Positions 1-11,672 of a stretch of DNA of 64,000 bases are shown piece after piece. Origin of the DNA: Chiloscyllium plagiosum (lineage: Eukaryota); contig NC_057757.1 in the NCBI RefSeq assembly GCF_004010195.1, positions 7,145,402 through 7,209,401 of the forward strand. The letters run 5' to 3'. The notes below the pieces were generated by a model that was not told the DNA's origin, searched no databases, and was given only the letters and a program-made list of their open reading frames with translations. The position numbers and the translations under genes are program-made. Position 1 is the stretch's first letter, and every line of letters begins with the position of its first letter.

Positions 1-239
1 ACATGCATCCACTTCCAAACCTCGTGAGATAGGACTGGAGTGAATTTTTTTCTCTCTCTCTCTATAGCCTTTTGCTAAAAATATCTGATCATTGTTTCTG
101 ACGGAGCTTCTATATAACCGATCGATACAACATGATTCAATGCGTGTCTCTCTCTCGCTCTTTCTCCCTCCAACACTTCGCCGCGACCAGCGAAGAGAAA
201 CCAGACTTAATGTTTCAGGTGCGGTGACTCTCAGAACAG

Positions 240-382
240 TCATCCTTACCTAGTCTGGCCTGGCCTACATGCGACTCTAGACCCACAGCAATGTGCTTGA
301 CTCCTTTGGGCAATTAGGGATTGGCAATAAATGATAGGCCTAGCCAGCGACGTCCTCATCCCGTGAGTGAATCAAAGAAAAA
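240..382 (+). mobile_element. SINE 3' half with CR1/L2-type tail (family recurring across the window)
   Basis: catccttacc...ggcctacatg.gact..agacccacagcaatg...gggcaattaggga..ggcaataaatg..ggcctagccagc...gaat. The same block recurs at ~2560-2890, 8085-8405, 10690-10860, 31710-32045(-), 43495-43810 and 54480-54770(-). Confidence 0.75.
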
Positions 383-1142
383 ATGAGCAAGATCCCTATT
401 TCCACCCTCTGTGCTTTGAGAGGTGACAAAATGAAATCAAAGTTTGTGGTTGGTGGGGAAAGCAGAGGTGAAGGCAAAAATGGATCTTATCGAATAGTGG
501 AGCAGCCTCAAAGGGGCCGAATGGCCTAATTTGCTTCTTGCTCCTATTGTGAAAGCAAGTCGGTGTGAAACATGCCTGTGATAAAAGATCAGTAGCTAAT
601 TTCCTCTGTGCTAATCAGTGACTGTATTACGCACTGATAATATCGATTGATTAGTTCTAATGAGATCTGGAATCTTGTGGTGCACTTCAGCCTTAACAAT
701 TGAAAGTGAGCTATTGTATCCCTGATAACCCCCCCCCCCCCGTTTGTAACGATACACAAATCTCCCACCGGAAGGCCACAAATGATCTCCAGGGCGCGCA
801 CTGAGTAATTGTTCTGTGTGACCGGGCATAGAAGGTTCTTCCGAAATGTTCTGCAAATTCACTTGTAAACATGGCGCGGGAGAGTGACCTTTGTACTTTA
901 CCCTCACCTTAATAATAATACTGTCCGAATCAACAAAAAATGTAATCAGATTAATAAAACTGCGTCCAGGCTCATAAACTTTTATTAAAGTTCACTTCCA
1001 AATCCGGCAAGAGCTTTACGTGGATGTTTCGGGGTTGCCTATAATTGTGGGGTCTCCGCGTTGGGAATTTTGCATTTTATTTGGGATGAGGATAAGTTCA
1101 GTGGTGTGTTTTTGTGTGTACGGGATGCCCCAGAAAGGTACA

Positions 1143-1187
1143 GATTCCTTGGTGAGCGCTCTGGACTTTGAATCGGAGTTCAGATCC
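1143..1187 (+). pseudogene. tRNA-Gln(TTG) relic with two internal deletions
   Basis: gattccttggtg-agcgctctggactttgaatc-ggagttcagatcc matches the vertebrate tRNA-Gln GGTYCCATGGTGTAATGGTKAGCACTCTGGACTTTGAATCCAGCGATCCGAGTTCAAATCTC, lacking part of the D-arm and the variable region. Confidence 0.65.
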
Positions 1188-1649
1188 TGAGAGTACCTTG
1201 ATTGCTGCCGCCTCAGCTGATGGAAATTTCTGAATGACCCTGGTGTAATAAGGAACCAACAGTTCAATCCTTGTTCCGCTGCCACCTCAACCAGCTCCTC
1301 ATCATGATGTTCAGTCAGGAGCTCAGCTTGATCTGGAGCCCCTCTGCACAAATGGGTCACCTCATAATTGTCTTCAATCAACCTCCACCCTGCCACTTAT
1401 GAGACCACTCTTTGCTGCCATTTCCACATCCCTCTTGCCCTTTGCTGTCAGTGACTTTGGGTTCCACAGCACTGTCAAGAAATATTTTAGCAGCTTCTTA
1501 CCTTGCACTCATCAGGACCTTTGCAAGAATGCTGATGTACGAGAAGAGAGTGACACTATTATATGGTGTTCACCTTGAATTGGTATTCTTGCAGACTGTC
1601 CTGATAACTGCAAGTCAAAAATGTGTCTTTTGTTAGTAATACTGAAGAC

Positions 1650-2110
1650 ATTGGTTCAGCCAGTTTTGGAATACTGCGTACAATTCCTGTCTCCGGTGGA
1701 GGTAGGTACAATTACAAAATGTAGAAGGCTTCTGTAAGTAAGTATGTAAGTAAGAAGGGTTTAGAGGGATATGGGCAAAATGCTGGCAAATGGGACCAGA
1801 TTAGTTTAGGATATCTGATCAGTGTGGACAAGTTGGACCGAAGGGTCTGTTTCCGTGCTATATATAACCCAACGACTCTGTGACACTATGACTATGCTAC
1901 AGAAGGGATGTGAAAACTTTGGAGGGTGCAAGAGAGGTTTACCTGAATTGGAGCCTATTAGTTATAAGAATATAGACTTGAATTGATTTTACGAGAGTGT
2001 CGGAGATTGAGAGGTGACCTGTCAGAAGCAGATATTATTTTGAGAGACGTGGATAGTCTGAGTCTTTTTCCCAGTGTGCACGTCAAATACTAGGGGGCAT
2101 AGGTTTAACG
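1650..2110 (+). mobile_element. CR1 LINE 3' fragments (rearranged)
   Basis: LEYCVQF-type RT C-terminal remnant and the typical 3' end ttggaccgaagggtctgtttccgtgct. Confidence 0.7.
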
Positions 2111-2939
2111 CTATGCTAAACGCCTTCTTAACCACCCTGTCAATGCGTGATGCAAATCTCAAAGACTTATGTACCTGATTCCCTCAGTCTCCTTGTTCTA
2201 CAACACTACCCAAGGCCCTGTAACTGTATAAGTCCTGTCCTTGTTTGAATTCCGAAGATACAAGCAGGATTGGGCCATTCCAGCCTGCTTCGCCATTCAA
2301 TATGATCAGGGCGGGTCTATTTCTGGCAAGGGCGGGGACTGAAATGATGGAACTGGATACTGCTCCTGGTCCAAGCATCCTGATGAAGCCCTGACTTTCC
2401 ACCCTGTCTGGTAGTTCATTCACTTGACACCGCCCCCCCCCCCCCCCCCCCCTCCCACAACCAACTCCCCAAATCCATTGCAAAGTGAGGAGTCCATGGG
2501 AGGACTGCATCTAGCTACCCAGGCACTGTACTTCAGGAAGAGAGAAGGGAGGGGGTGACCTATTGGTCTTAATGCTGGCCCTCTTAATCCAGAGACCTAG
2601 GTAATGCTCTGTAAACCTGGGTTCAAATCTGGCTATGGCAGGTGGTGGTACTGAGTCCAATGCCAAACCTGGAATATAAGGGTCTAATAAAGATGACAAT
2701 TGTTCAGATAAAAACTCACCAGATTTGCTACCTTCCTTTCAGGAAGGGAACTCCCAACCCTACCAACCTGGCCTGGCCTATATGTGACTCCAGACCCAGA
2801 GCAATGAGATTGACACTTAACAGCCCACTGGGCAATTAGGGATGGTTAATAAATGGTAGGCCTAGCCAGTAATGGCCTCATCCTTTTGGATAAATTTGTG
2901 GAGAAATGTAGGTAGCAGAATAATTTTGGAAGTATGGAC

Positions 2940-3257
2940 TTCATAGAATTGAATCCCTAAAGTGTGGAAGCAGGCCATTCGGCCCATAGAGTTCACACCG
3001 ATCCTCCAAAGAGTGACCCATTCCTCTACACTATAACTCAAGGTTAACCCACATATCAGACGCATCCCTGGACGCTATGGGGCGATTTAGCATGGCCAAT
3101 CTACCCTAAGCTCCACGTCTTTGGACTGTGGGAGAAACTCCCCACCCCATACAGACATGAAGAGAGCGTGCGAACCTCAGGCAGGCCATCACCTGGAGGT
3201 TGGGATCGAACCTGGATCCCTGCTGCTGAGGCAGCAGCGCCAGCCACTGTGCCATCA
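2940..3257 (-). mobile_element. HE1-like V-SINE
   Basis: tRNA-like head with B-box, degenerate V-domain and CR1-derived tail. Other copies at ~11905-12215(-), 37930-38242(-), 41737-42100(+) and 55580-55860(-). Confidence 0.75.
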
Positions 3258-3431
3258 CACTTGATGGGATGAAGGGCCTGTCTTGTACTGTATGATTTGA
3301 TCCAAGTGTTCTAGCAAGACCCTTTTGGTCTTGCTCACACAGCCCCGTTCCTTCTTAGAGTAGTCCACAAACACGATCCCAAGCCTTTCATGAGTTTGCT
3401 ATTTTATTTCAAATCCCCTGCATTTAGACTT

Positions 3432-4960
3432 CAGATCGGCTAACATAGTCTATGGCAGGGAATTTCCCACAGCAGCAAATTGCCCACGATGCATAAATTA
3501 GGATGATCATGGTGAACCTGGGAACCTTCCTATAACGTTCACAGGTGGGCTAGTCTCTCCCAATTATAACGGAGGAAGAAATGCTGTGGCAGTTGCAGAA
3601 CTACCTTGAGGTACAGTTTTCGTTAGGGAAGACCCTAACCAAAATTGGGCAGAATCTTCTAAAGACAATGGACACGAGATGACATGAAATGTGTCTGGGC
3701 AAAGCCACTCGACAGAAAGATAAAGACAGGATTAAATGTTCCCTTGCATTAATGGGACAAGCTCGCCAGAGAAAACAAGTCTTGACTGCATCAGCCCATG
3801 ATCGTGAAGTAATCCAACTTAAAGAGCATTAAAAAGCAGTGTGTGAACAACCGCAGAAAGAAAGATGCAAATAGGGATCAGCTCATCTTAAAAATCAGGG
3901 GCTTGAAAAAGAGAACAAGAAATTGAAGGATGAGATAACAGTCCTGTCAGTTTCTTTCCCGCTCCCCAAGCCCACAGAGAATTTGTACGCGACCACCCAA
4001 AACATCCAGGAGCTTATTCAGAAAAACAAAGCGATTGCCCTTGGGAAACAGAGGGAATCCAGCAGTGAAAGTGGTGAGGACTGTATATTCCCCGTACCAT
4101 TTTTCCAACTCCTTAAAACCAGGAAAGTAAAGATAGAAAAAATGGTCAGACAGAGATTAGAGGATGGTACTGAGGTGGATGTTCCAGTACTACAGACTGA
4201 AATGCACACTGTGCATGGACATGCAACCCCTGACAATATGGATAGATGATCTAAAGAAATGCCTCACCCAAAGAAGAGGCCAATGAGGAAAAGCCTGGAC
4301 CAGTTAAGGGGAATATATATGCTCCATCCCTGGGTTGGGGTACAAAATCTGAAAGTTACTGTAACTGAAAGAGAAGGACACCTCCTCCATGAGGCAGTCA
4401 AAGGTGCTCTTAGAGAGTACAACAGGAGCTGCAAGCTGGCTGAACAGCAATAAAACAGTGGTTACCGGGGTATAACCCGCATAAGACCAATTGGACAAAA
4501 GTCACAGCTTGCTGTCAAAAACCCACAGAGGTCACAGAATATGAGGAAAGGTTGAGGATGACCTGGAAAGAATATGCAGACCTCTCAAATGTGCACGATG
4601 ACAGGGATTAGGAAGGTTGCGATTATGGTCCACTGAAATCTGCTTTGTGGCCAGACTTAAACCTGAGCTGAACTAAAATGTTTAAAGTGACTAAATCAGA
4701 TTGGGAAGTAATCACTATGACTTGGTGGACTGAGCTCTTCAGCTTGACAGAGATATGGGCACCAAACTGTGAACCTTACAGATAGAACAAATGGGACAGA
4801 GCCTCAGTAAACCTGGGAAGACCCAAGACAAACGCCCAGAACACTGTTACATCTGTGGGAAGGAAGGCCGCTGGGCAGGAAATGTTGGCAAAGGGGAAAA
4901 GGGAGCTGTTGCCTAATAAACAAGGAGGACGGGGAGAACCTGGAAGCTGGGAGTAAGACC
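3432..4960 (+). pseudogene. gag: ERV gag remnant (coiled-coil N-part, CCHC zinc knuckle), multiple stops
   Basis: CYICGKEGRW at ~4845-4875; the paralogue reads CYVCGKEGHW. Lies directly upstream of the protease. Confidence 0.8.
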
Positions 4961-5053
4961 GATCCCCTAGAATAGCAGGAGCTACTAAAAATGACAAAAA
5001 ACTGACAGAGCCCACCCTTTGCTTTTTGCCAGCAGAAGGGAGACAGACTGCAT

Positions 5054-5323
5054 GTGAACATGAGAGTGGGTGACCTGGACGTTGACTGCCTTTTGGACAC
5101 AGGAGCAGAATTGTTGTACCTATCCCAGAGGTATGAGACCAAACTCCCATTAGACAGGGCAGTGAGGACAGCTTACAGAGCAGAAGCTGACAGGATTGCA
5201 ATCAAATGGACCAAACCCATACACCTTGAATTTGGCCCCCATGAGTTAATAACCATTATATGGGTAGTACCTGTAGCCCAGCCACTCCTTCACCCAGCTG
5301 AATTCCTCTTTATATTTCAATGA
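5054..5323 (+). pseudogene. pro: Retroviral aspartic protease (retropepsin) ORF, C-terminal motif degenerate
   Basis: VGDLDVDCLLDTGAE contains the catalytic DTG. The expected (I/L)LG(R/M)D motif is replaced by LLHPAE. Confidence 0.85.
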
Positions 5324-5329
5324 TGGATG

Positions 5330-5931
5330 AGGAATGAGGTCCACCAGAACCCTACAAAGGGAAGAATTAAGAGATCACCCCATTTGGGCTAAAAACAGGG
5401 ATGACTGCAAGTTACTGAAAACAAAACCCGCGACTTCGAGAAAAACAGTATCAGCTTGTACCAAACAGGAAAAAGGGACTTTAATGAAAACCCATTGTAT
5501 TTCTGACAGCCTGGTGTGGCCCATGCGAAAAGCAAGTGGGAAGTGAATATTAACTATGGATCACAGGAAAGCTGGATGGAATGTCATGACATTCTACGCT
5601 GCCATGATGTCGGGAAGCCTATCCTCCAGAGCATCAGCAGAATTTCGGTGTCTGACTGAAGCCTGCAGAACAGCAGGGGATCAGTCTGCCAACTTTTACA
5701 CAGACTCCCACTATGCTGCTGACTGTCACCTTATGAGTGATGCCTTATTGTTTCACTGTCGTGTACTAACTGATGCTGCAAGTTTTGCTTCCTCACAAGT
5801 ATCGGCCTGGAAAGAATCGCTGGGGTGTCATGACACCGTACTAGGTGAGTGGGTTCTTGTGAAAAAGATCCACAAGGAACCCTGAGGTGCAAAGTGGGAA
5901 GGACCATACCAGATGCTACTGATCACCCAGT
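5330..5931 (+). pseudogene. pol: Heavily deleted pol: RT N-terminal scraps, RNase H fragment, integrase C-terminus
   Basis: HPIWAKNRDDC and SLVWPMRK (RT start), AEFRCLTEACR..ANFYTDSHYA (RNase H), GEWVLVKK..AKWEGPYQMLLIT (gamma/epsilon-type IN C-terminus). Confidence 0.8.
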
Positions 5932-6808
5932 CTTCTTCACTCCAATGAGAAAAGCCCTAGCTCACTCAACCTTTCTTCATAAGACATGCCCTCCAGTTCA
6001 GGCAGCATCCGGGTAAAACTCCTCTGCACCCTGTCCAGAGCTTCCACATCCTTCCTGTAATGAGGTGACCAGAACTCAACACAATATTCCAAATGTGGTC
6101 TAATCAGGGCTTTGTAGAACTGGAAAATAACCTCGCGGTTCTTAAACTCAATACCCCGGCTAATAAAAGCCAAGACACAATATGCATTACTAATAACCCT
6201 GTCAACTTGGGTGGCAACTTTGAGGGATCTATGGACTGGATCCCACGATCCACGCTGCCACGAAGCCTGCCTTTAACCCTGTAATCTTCATTCAAATTTG
6301 ACCGTCCAAAATTAACCACTTCACACCAGGTTGAACTCCATCTGCCACTTTTTGGCCCAGCTCTGTATCCAGTCAATGTCCCATTGCAACCAATAACAAC
6401 CCTGCACACTATCCACAGAAGTCCCAGAACAGATCCTTGCGGGAACATCACTGGTCACGGAGCTCCAGGCTGAATACTTTCCACCTTCTACCACCCTCTG
6501 TCTTCTATGGGCCAGCCAATTCTGGATTCAGACAGCCAAATTTTCCTGTATCCCATGCCTCCTTACTTTCTGAATGAGCCTACTATGGGAAACCTTATCA
6601 AAGCCTTGCTAAAATCCATATACACCACATCCACCTTCATCAATGTGTTTTGTCTCATCCTCAAAGAATTCAAAAAGGTTTGTGAGGCATGATCTGTCCC
6701 TCACAAAGCCATGCTGGCTATCTCTAATCAAACTATGCTTTTCCAAATAATCATAAATCCTGTCTTTCAGCATCCTCTCCAATAATTTGCCCACCACTGA
6801 CATAAGAT
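5932..6808 (-). mobile_element. CR1 LINE RT fragment (duplicate of 33496-34450)
   Basis: SQHGFVRDRSCLTNLFEFFE, PQGSVLG and RPHLEYCVEFWSPHYRKD motifs. Confidence 0.9.
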
Positions 6809-7587
6809 GGTTCTGTAGTATACTTTATTATCATAAGATAGACCAAATTTAAAACAACCCTTTCAAACCCATTACTTCATTTTCACACCCTATCAGCCTT
6901 TGCTACCAGCAATATTTAGGCCTAGCTATCTTTGAATAGGTGTCAATATTGTAAACGAAACAATCCCATCAAGTATAACATTATAACATTATTCAGCCCT
7001 TGTCAACTGTCTCTCGGACCTGAAATACCAAACATTTTCTCCAGTTAGTATGTACTTGTTGAGTACCTTTTAACAGGACCACTATTCCCTTAACTGACAA
7101 AATAGTGCTTCCATGAAGTTGCTCAAATGAATAATACACTGGCAAAGAGTAAACAAATCTCACAGCCCAGCTGCGGAAATCAGTTTGTACTTTTATTAGG
7201 TACAGGCACAATTCCTAACTTATTTAGAGCATACAGGCCTAGTATTTTTTTTACTCACAAACATCTACCAACTTAAAAGACAAAAGGACTAACAGCTCTC
7301 AATTATGCACGTAGACCTGACAGGCACTCTTAATCCTATCAGGAGTAGCAGCCAGGATTTAGCACATGTTTTAGCCCATCTCCTGTCTCTTAGGACAGAA
7401 GCTTCTCAAACCTTTGTGTACTCAAGATAAAAAAGATATAACAGCAGAGTAATGGAATTTTTATATATGTAAGAACTGTACTTTGGGATTCTATTGCCAT
7501 CTCGAATTTGTGCTACTTGCAGTTTCTGAATAAAGGAGGTTATTTTTACCACCTACCAATTTTGGTCATTATTTGAACATGATTGCA
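6809..7587 (+). mobile_element. ERV LTR, 3' portion (duplicate of 32737-33495)
   Basis: Homologous to both LTRs of the 32737-38898 provirus. AATAAA at ~7529 and a terminal CA. Confidence 0.85.
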
Positions 7588-8724
7588 GTCGTAAGTTATA
7601 TCATGATGATTTAAATGCATCGTATTATACCACCAGTTAAATTTAAGTAAAACATCACTGATTAGAATACCTATATCACAGCATCACCTTAGTGAGCACA
7701 AAATGAATTTGAATATATTTGAAGTGCAATTAAGGAGTCAGAACAGCGAGCTTATGTAAAGCAGAACTTACTTGGCTGATATATCCATTCTACCTGTCAG
7801 TTTCAGTCTTGCATTGGTGTTGATGTGCATTGTGTACTTCACGAGTCAGAAGTTAAAACATAAACATAATATTTATAATATTAAAATATTTTGGTTAATC
7901 TTTGGAATTTCCAAACTGTGAGGTGCTTGGTCCATAGATCTTTGGGCTCCAAGGTAATCAGATGATATGGGGATAGAATGGGAAGGTGGAGTAGAAAATC
8001 TGCTATTACGTTATTGAATGGCAGAACAGACTAAAGGGGCTGAATGCCCTATTCCTGTTTGTCATGAGCTTACAAACAGAGGGGAGCTAATAACGTGGTG
8101 GTATTATTGCTAGATTTTTAACCCAGATAATATTCTACGGTCCCTGCCACAGCAGATGGTGGAATTTGAATTCAGTGAATACCTGGTATTAAGAGTCAAA
8201 TGATAACCAGGAAACAATTGTCGATTGTTGGAAAAACCCAAATGGTTTGCTAATGTCCTTTAGAGGAGGAAACTGCCATTCTCACCTGGTCTAGCCTACA
8301 TGTGACTTTCATCCCAGAACAATATGGTTGACTCGTAACCATTTGGGTATAGGCAATAAATGCTGGCCTAGCCAGTAACATCTTCATCCCGTGAATGAAT
8401 AAAAACAAAAATGACTTTTTTTGGTAAAGATGAGATAAGACTGATAAATTAAATTGCATTTAATGCAGTTCAAGAAGCCTGACAAGAAAGGCAGATGAAC
8501 TTAGATCATGATGACTGATGAAGGCCAGTGTGCTAAAAGCCTTCTTCATTGCCCTGTCCATTTATGACTCCACTTTCAGAGAACTGTGCACCTGAACGCC
8601 AAGATCCCTCTGTTCTACTACAAGCCTTAAGGCCGTACCATTCACCATGAAACTCCTATCTTGATTTGACTTTGCAAAATGCAATACCTCAGACTTATCT
8701 ACACTAAATGCTGGTTTAAAAAAA

Positions 8725-9121
8725 GTAGCACTTGTGCCCTCATAGGATCAGACTGTCGCACCAACATCCCTAAATCCTCTGAAAACATCACTGACCTGCT
8801 GCCCACATGCCGAAGGAAGCAGATAAGGTCAGGAAGATAGGGGAGGAACTATGTAGACCCCCAGATGCACCAATGGGACCATCAGCTGGCTTCATTCTCT
8901 GTTCGGTTCCTGGGGAAGATCTATTATACAATGGGCCATTGGACTCCATTTTTAAAATCATTTTTATTGTTGTTCTGATTTCCTGTTGTAAAACTCTTAG
9001 TGTTTTCCTGGTCAAACAAACTATGACTGCCCTTATGATGATCCAAAAGGTTGTCCCTTCGGCTCCTCTCTTGGAAGAAGAACAGTCAGTCCTGAGAGAA
9101 ATGACCTCCATTCAGATTTAG
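8725..9121 (+). pseudogene. env: Gamma-type env transmembrane subunit remnant of a second ERV family
   Basis: STCALIGSDCRTNIPKSSENITDLL is a CX6CC motif with the last C changed to R. It is followed by the hydrophobic IFKIIFIVVLISCC and a cytoplasmic tail, then a PPT. Confidence 0.75.
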
Positions 9122-9156
9122 AATTTGATTGTCCTTTCAGGCCAAAAAGGATGAAA

Positions 9157-9720
9157 TGTGGAAGAATAAAACTGTTTACTAGGCCAGCATGAAAGATGGA
9201 ATAGCTTAATGATTACATAAATGACAAAATAGTTTAAGGATTAAAATGTATTATTACTAACAATAAAGGTATTTAGCTAAAAGCATAAATCAATAACCAT
9301 TTTAAAGCAGACAACTTGTTAGTCTAGCAGACATTTTGAAGTCATAATCCATGAATTTTAGCGAGTACTGGCCTTTTTCGCTACATTCCCTGGGAAAGAA
9401 CACACATTTTCTGTGGCCTGAACAAGCTGTGACTTATACTGTACTAACTGTGAAACTATAAAACTGTAGCTCCAATCATTTCCTATCAGCCTGGCATTTT
9501 ATTATAACTGCGCTTGTTACTAAAATGAATAAGTTATGTGTAGACTTGCCCATTTTTTTGGTAAAAATGACAGTAATTCAAATAACTCTTGGAAGATGTT
9601 TCCAATATGTTTCCAGGACCTCTCCCTATGCATGACTAATAAAAGGTTGGCTTTGAACAATTCAAATACTTGCCTGAGCCTTGTTTCAGATCAGTAAAAA
9701 CTTTGATGTAGCCCCCTTCA
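9157..9720 (+). mobile_element. 3' LTR of the second ERV family
   Basis: Purine tract aaaaaggatgaaa precedes TGTGG...TTCA termini. TATAAAA at 9457 and AATAAA at 9638. Unrelated to the LTRs of the 32737-38898 provirus. Confidence 0.7.
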
Positions 9721-9854
9721 ATATTTCACTCTTTTGACTGATCTCCGCTCACATTGTGGCTTTCTGTCTGCCGGTCTCTGAGTCAGATGGAGAAGATGTT
9801 GCCTGCAGTCCCGTGTGCTATCTTTGATCCTGATCTCTTGTGTTTGCTCCACAG

Positions 9855-10017
9855 GTGTTTGGCAGCAGAACTGAGGGTTTCTTTGCGCTCACTCGGAAAG
9901 ACCTTGATTCCTTGACCTACCACTCACTGAGTCTGCCAGACCTCATGCAGCAATATGTAGCCGTAGAGGCTACTATTACAAAGATGCTGGCCTGTTGATA
10001 CGGTCTGCAATTCACAA
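9855..10017 (+). pseudogene. Lipoxygenase pseudo-exon (equivalent to mammalian ALOX12/15 exon 10), frameshifted
   Basis: acag| VFGSRTEGFFALTRKDLDSLTYHSLSLPD ... (frameshift) RGYYYKDAGLLIRSAIH |gt matches the LTYxSLxxPDD...YYYxDDGLxxW LOX pattern. Confidence 0.8.
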
Positions 10018-10859
10018 GTACAAGTTGCCATAGTCTCACCACACTACAGGGCAGCTCTCTTATTAGAGAGGTGAGTGATGGCGGTTTAACCTGAGGGCCA
10101 TCACACCTCAGGCAAGAAGGAGATTCCTTCAGGTTAATCTCAGCCAGTGTGGAAATTAAGTCCATGCTGTATGGTGTCACTCTACATTACAAACCCAGCC
10201 ATCTAACCAACCGAGTTAACCAACCCCTCACACAAAAGTGAGAAATTAGGGTTTTCAGTGAGAAAAGAGCTTGAAAGCTCTCAAGACCCTCTTTGTGAGC
10301 AAACCTCACTAATATAACTGAGAGAGTAATGCATCCTGTGCGTTTGTCACAAAGGGGCATGCAAAGGAATGGAGGCTGTTCTCCATCTGGATAAGGTTCT
10401 AGTCAAACAGTATTCGGAGTAATTGTGTTCAGCTCCAAGCACCTCTGGTGGAATGGTTCCAGGGACAAGACACTTGTAAGAAGAGACAATGGGATTGCCC
10501 TCCTATCCACGTACCCATCCAGAGGCCTATCCATGTCCCTCATGAATTTATAAACCTCTATAAGTTCACCCCTTAGCCTCAAATGCTACACTAAAACTCC
10601 ATGAATTAAACTAATCTGAACTAACAAGCTCACCTTGTTATGGTAATTTCACAGAGACCAGATTGTTATAAAAGCCATTCATAAAGGTCCTTTAAGGGAA
10701 GAAATCTGCCATCCTTACCTGCCTGGCCAACATGTGACCCAGACCCACAGCTGCGGGGTTAACTCTGAACTGCCCTGTGAAATGTCAGGTAACTTAGTTC
10801 AAGGGACAATTCGGGATTAACATTCTCAGCGCTGTTACACTTCATTTGTGAATGAATGA

Positions 10860-11180
10860 AAAAATAAGAAACAGAGAATGAGACAGACAGGCAGAAAGAG
10901 AGGGACAGAGACAGAATGAAAAAGTGAGAGAAAGAAAGAGAGACTGAGAGAAAGAAATAGAGAACAAAAGACAGAGATAGACAAAGGGATAGAAAGAGGA
11001 GGTGGGGAGTGAGAAAAAATGAGAGAGAAAGAATGACAGAGAGAAAGTTAGAGAACAGCGGAGACACAATGACAGTTGGAGATTGAGATGGAGATGGGGA
11101 GAGACAGAGAGAGAGAGAGATGGAGACAGAGAATGATAAATGTAGACAGAAAAAAAAAAGAGGTGGAGATGGAGAGAGAG
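10860..11180. repeat. AG-rich low-complexity/microsatellite tract
   Basis: Degenerate (GA)n/(GACA)n runs. Confidence 0.9.
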
Positions 11181-11319
11181 ACTTTACCCATCAAGTATGA
11201 GATTTTCCTTCTGTCATTTGTTAAGATGCAGCAGAAACACAGATTGAGAATGAGCTGAGCACCCACGTTGAGCCAGATTTCTCGTTGTATCTAACTGCCT
11301 TGCCCAAGTGTAGCCACAG

Positions 11320-11672
11320 TGTGGTTTAACAGCCATGCCCTCATCACTGAGTCAAATGGTCTGGGTTCAAAAGTGTCAGGGACTCAGGTTCACTTCTACC
11401 ATCTGATGACTGTCTATATGGATTTTGCACATTCTCTCCACGTCTGCATGGGTTTCCTCCGGGGACTCCGGTTTCCTGTATCGGTGCCTAATACATAACC
11501 CACGCTGAGGGAATAGTGCAGTACAGAGGAAGTGCTACTCTGTCAGAGGTTCTATTTTTCAGGTGAAACCAGGGTCAGATTGCCTTTTAGGATAAACCAG
11601 ATGATTCAATGGCATGATTGAAAGTACTGAAGTGGTGCTCCCCGGTGGCCTGGTCAATGTAGATCCCTCAAT
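11320..11672 (+). mobile_element. Deu-SINE (SacSINE/AmnSINE-like), with a V-SINE fragment inside
   Basis: Deu-domain-like gtgcagtacagaggaagtgctactctgtcagaggt...ccccggtggcctggtcaatgtagatccctcaa. Another degenerate copy at ~39280-39530(-). Confidence 0.6.

Larger units (their letters stand above)
3348..8700 (+). repeat. Inverted segmental duplicate of ~31430-37516 (ERV gag-pro-deleted pol, CR1, 3' LTR part, host flank, SINE, CR1)
   Basis: Collinear homology continues past the LTR into the flank: gtcgtaagttatatcatgatg at 7588 matches the reverse complement gtcataagttatatcatcagg at 32736. The CR1/LTR, SINE and CR1/flank junctions are the same in both copies. Confidence 0.92.

Noticed and set aside
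108..200. TATA-like tatataa and a small GC hairpin as a promoter
   Set aside because: No associated exon or other support.
611..1396. Two minus-strand ORFs joinable in frame through a GT-AG intron (1019-921)
   Set aside because: No recognisable protein, the frame runs through a G homopolymer, and it overlaps the antisense tRNA-Gln relic. Probably chance.
3348..9720. A single intact gag-pol-env-LTR provirus
   Set aside because: The env/LTR at 8725-9720 has a different LTR and is separated from gag-pol by that element's own 3' LTR and host flank. These are two elements joined at a breakpoint.
10759..11266. Hydrophobic Phe/Leu/Ser-rich ORFs resembling membrane proteins
   Set aside because: Translation of the AG microsatellite.
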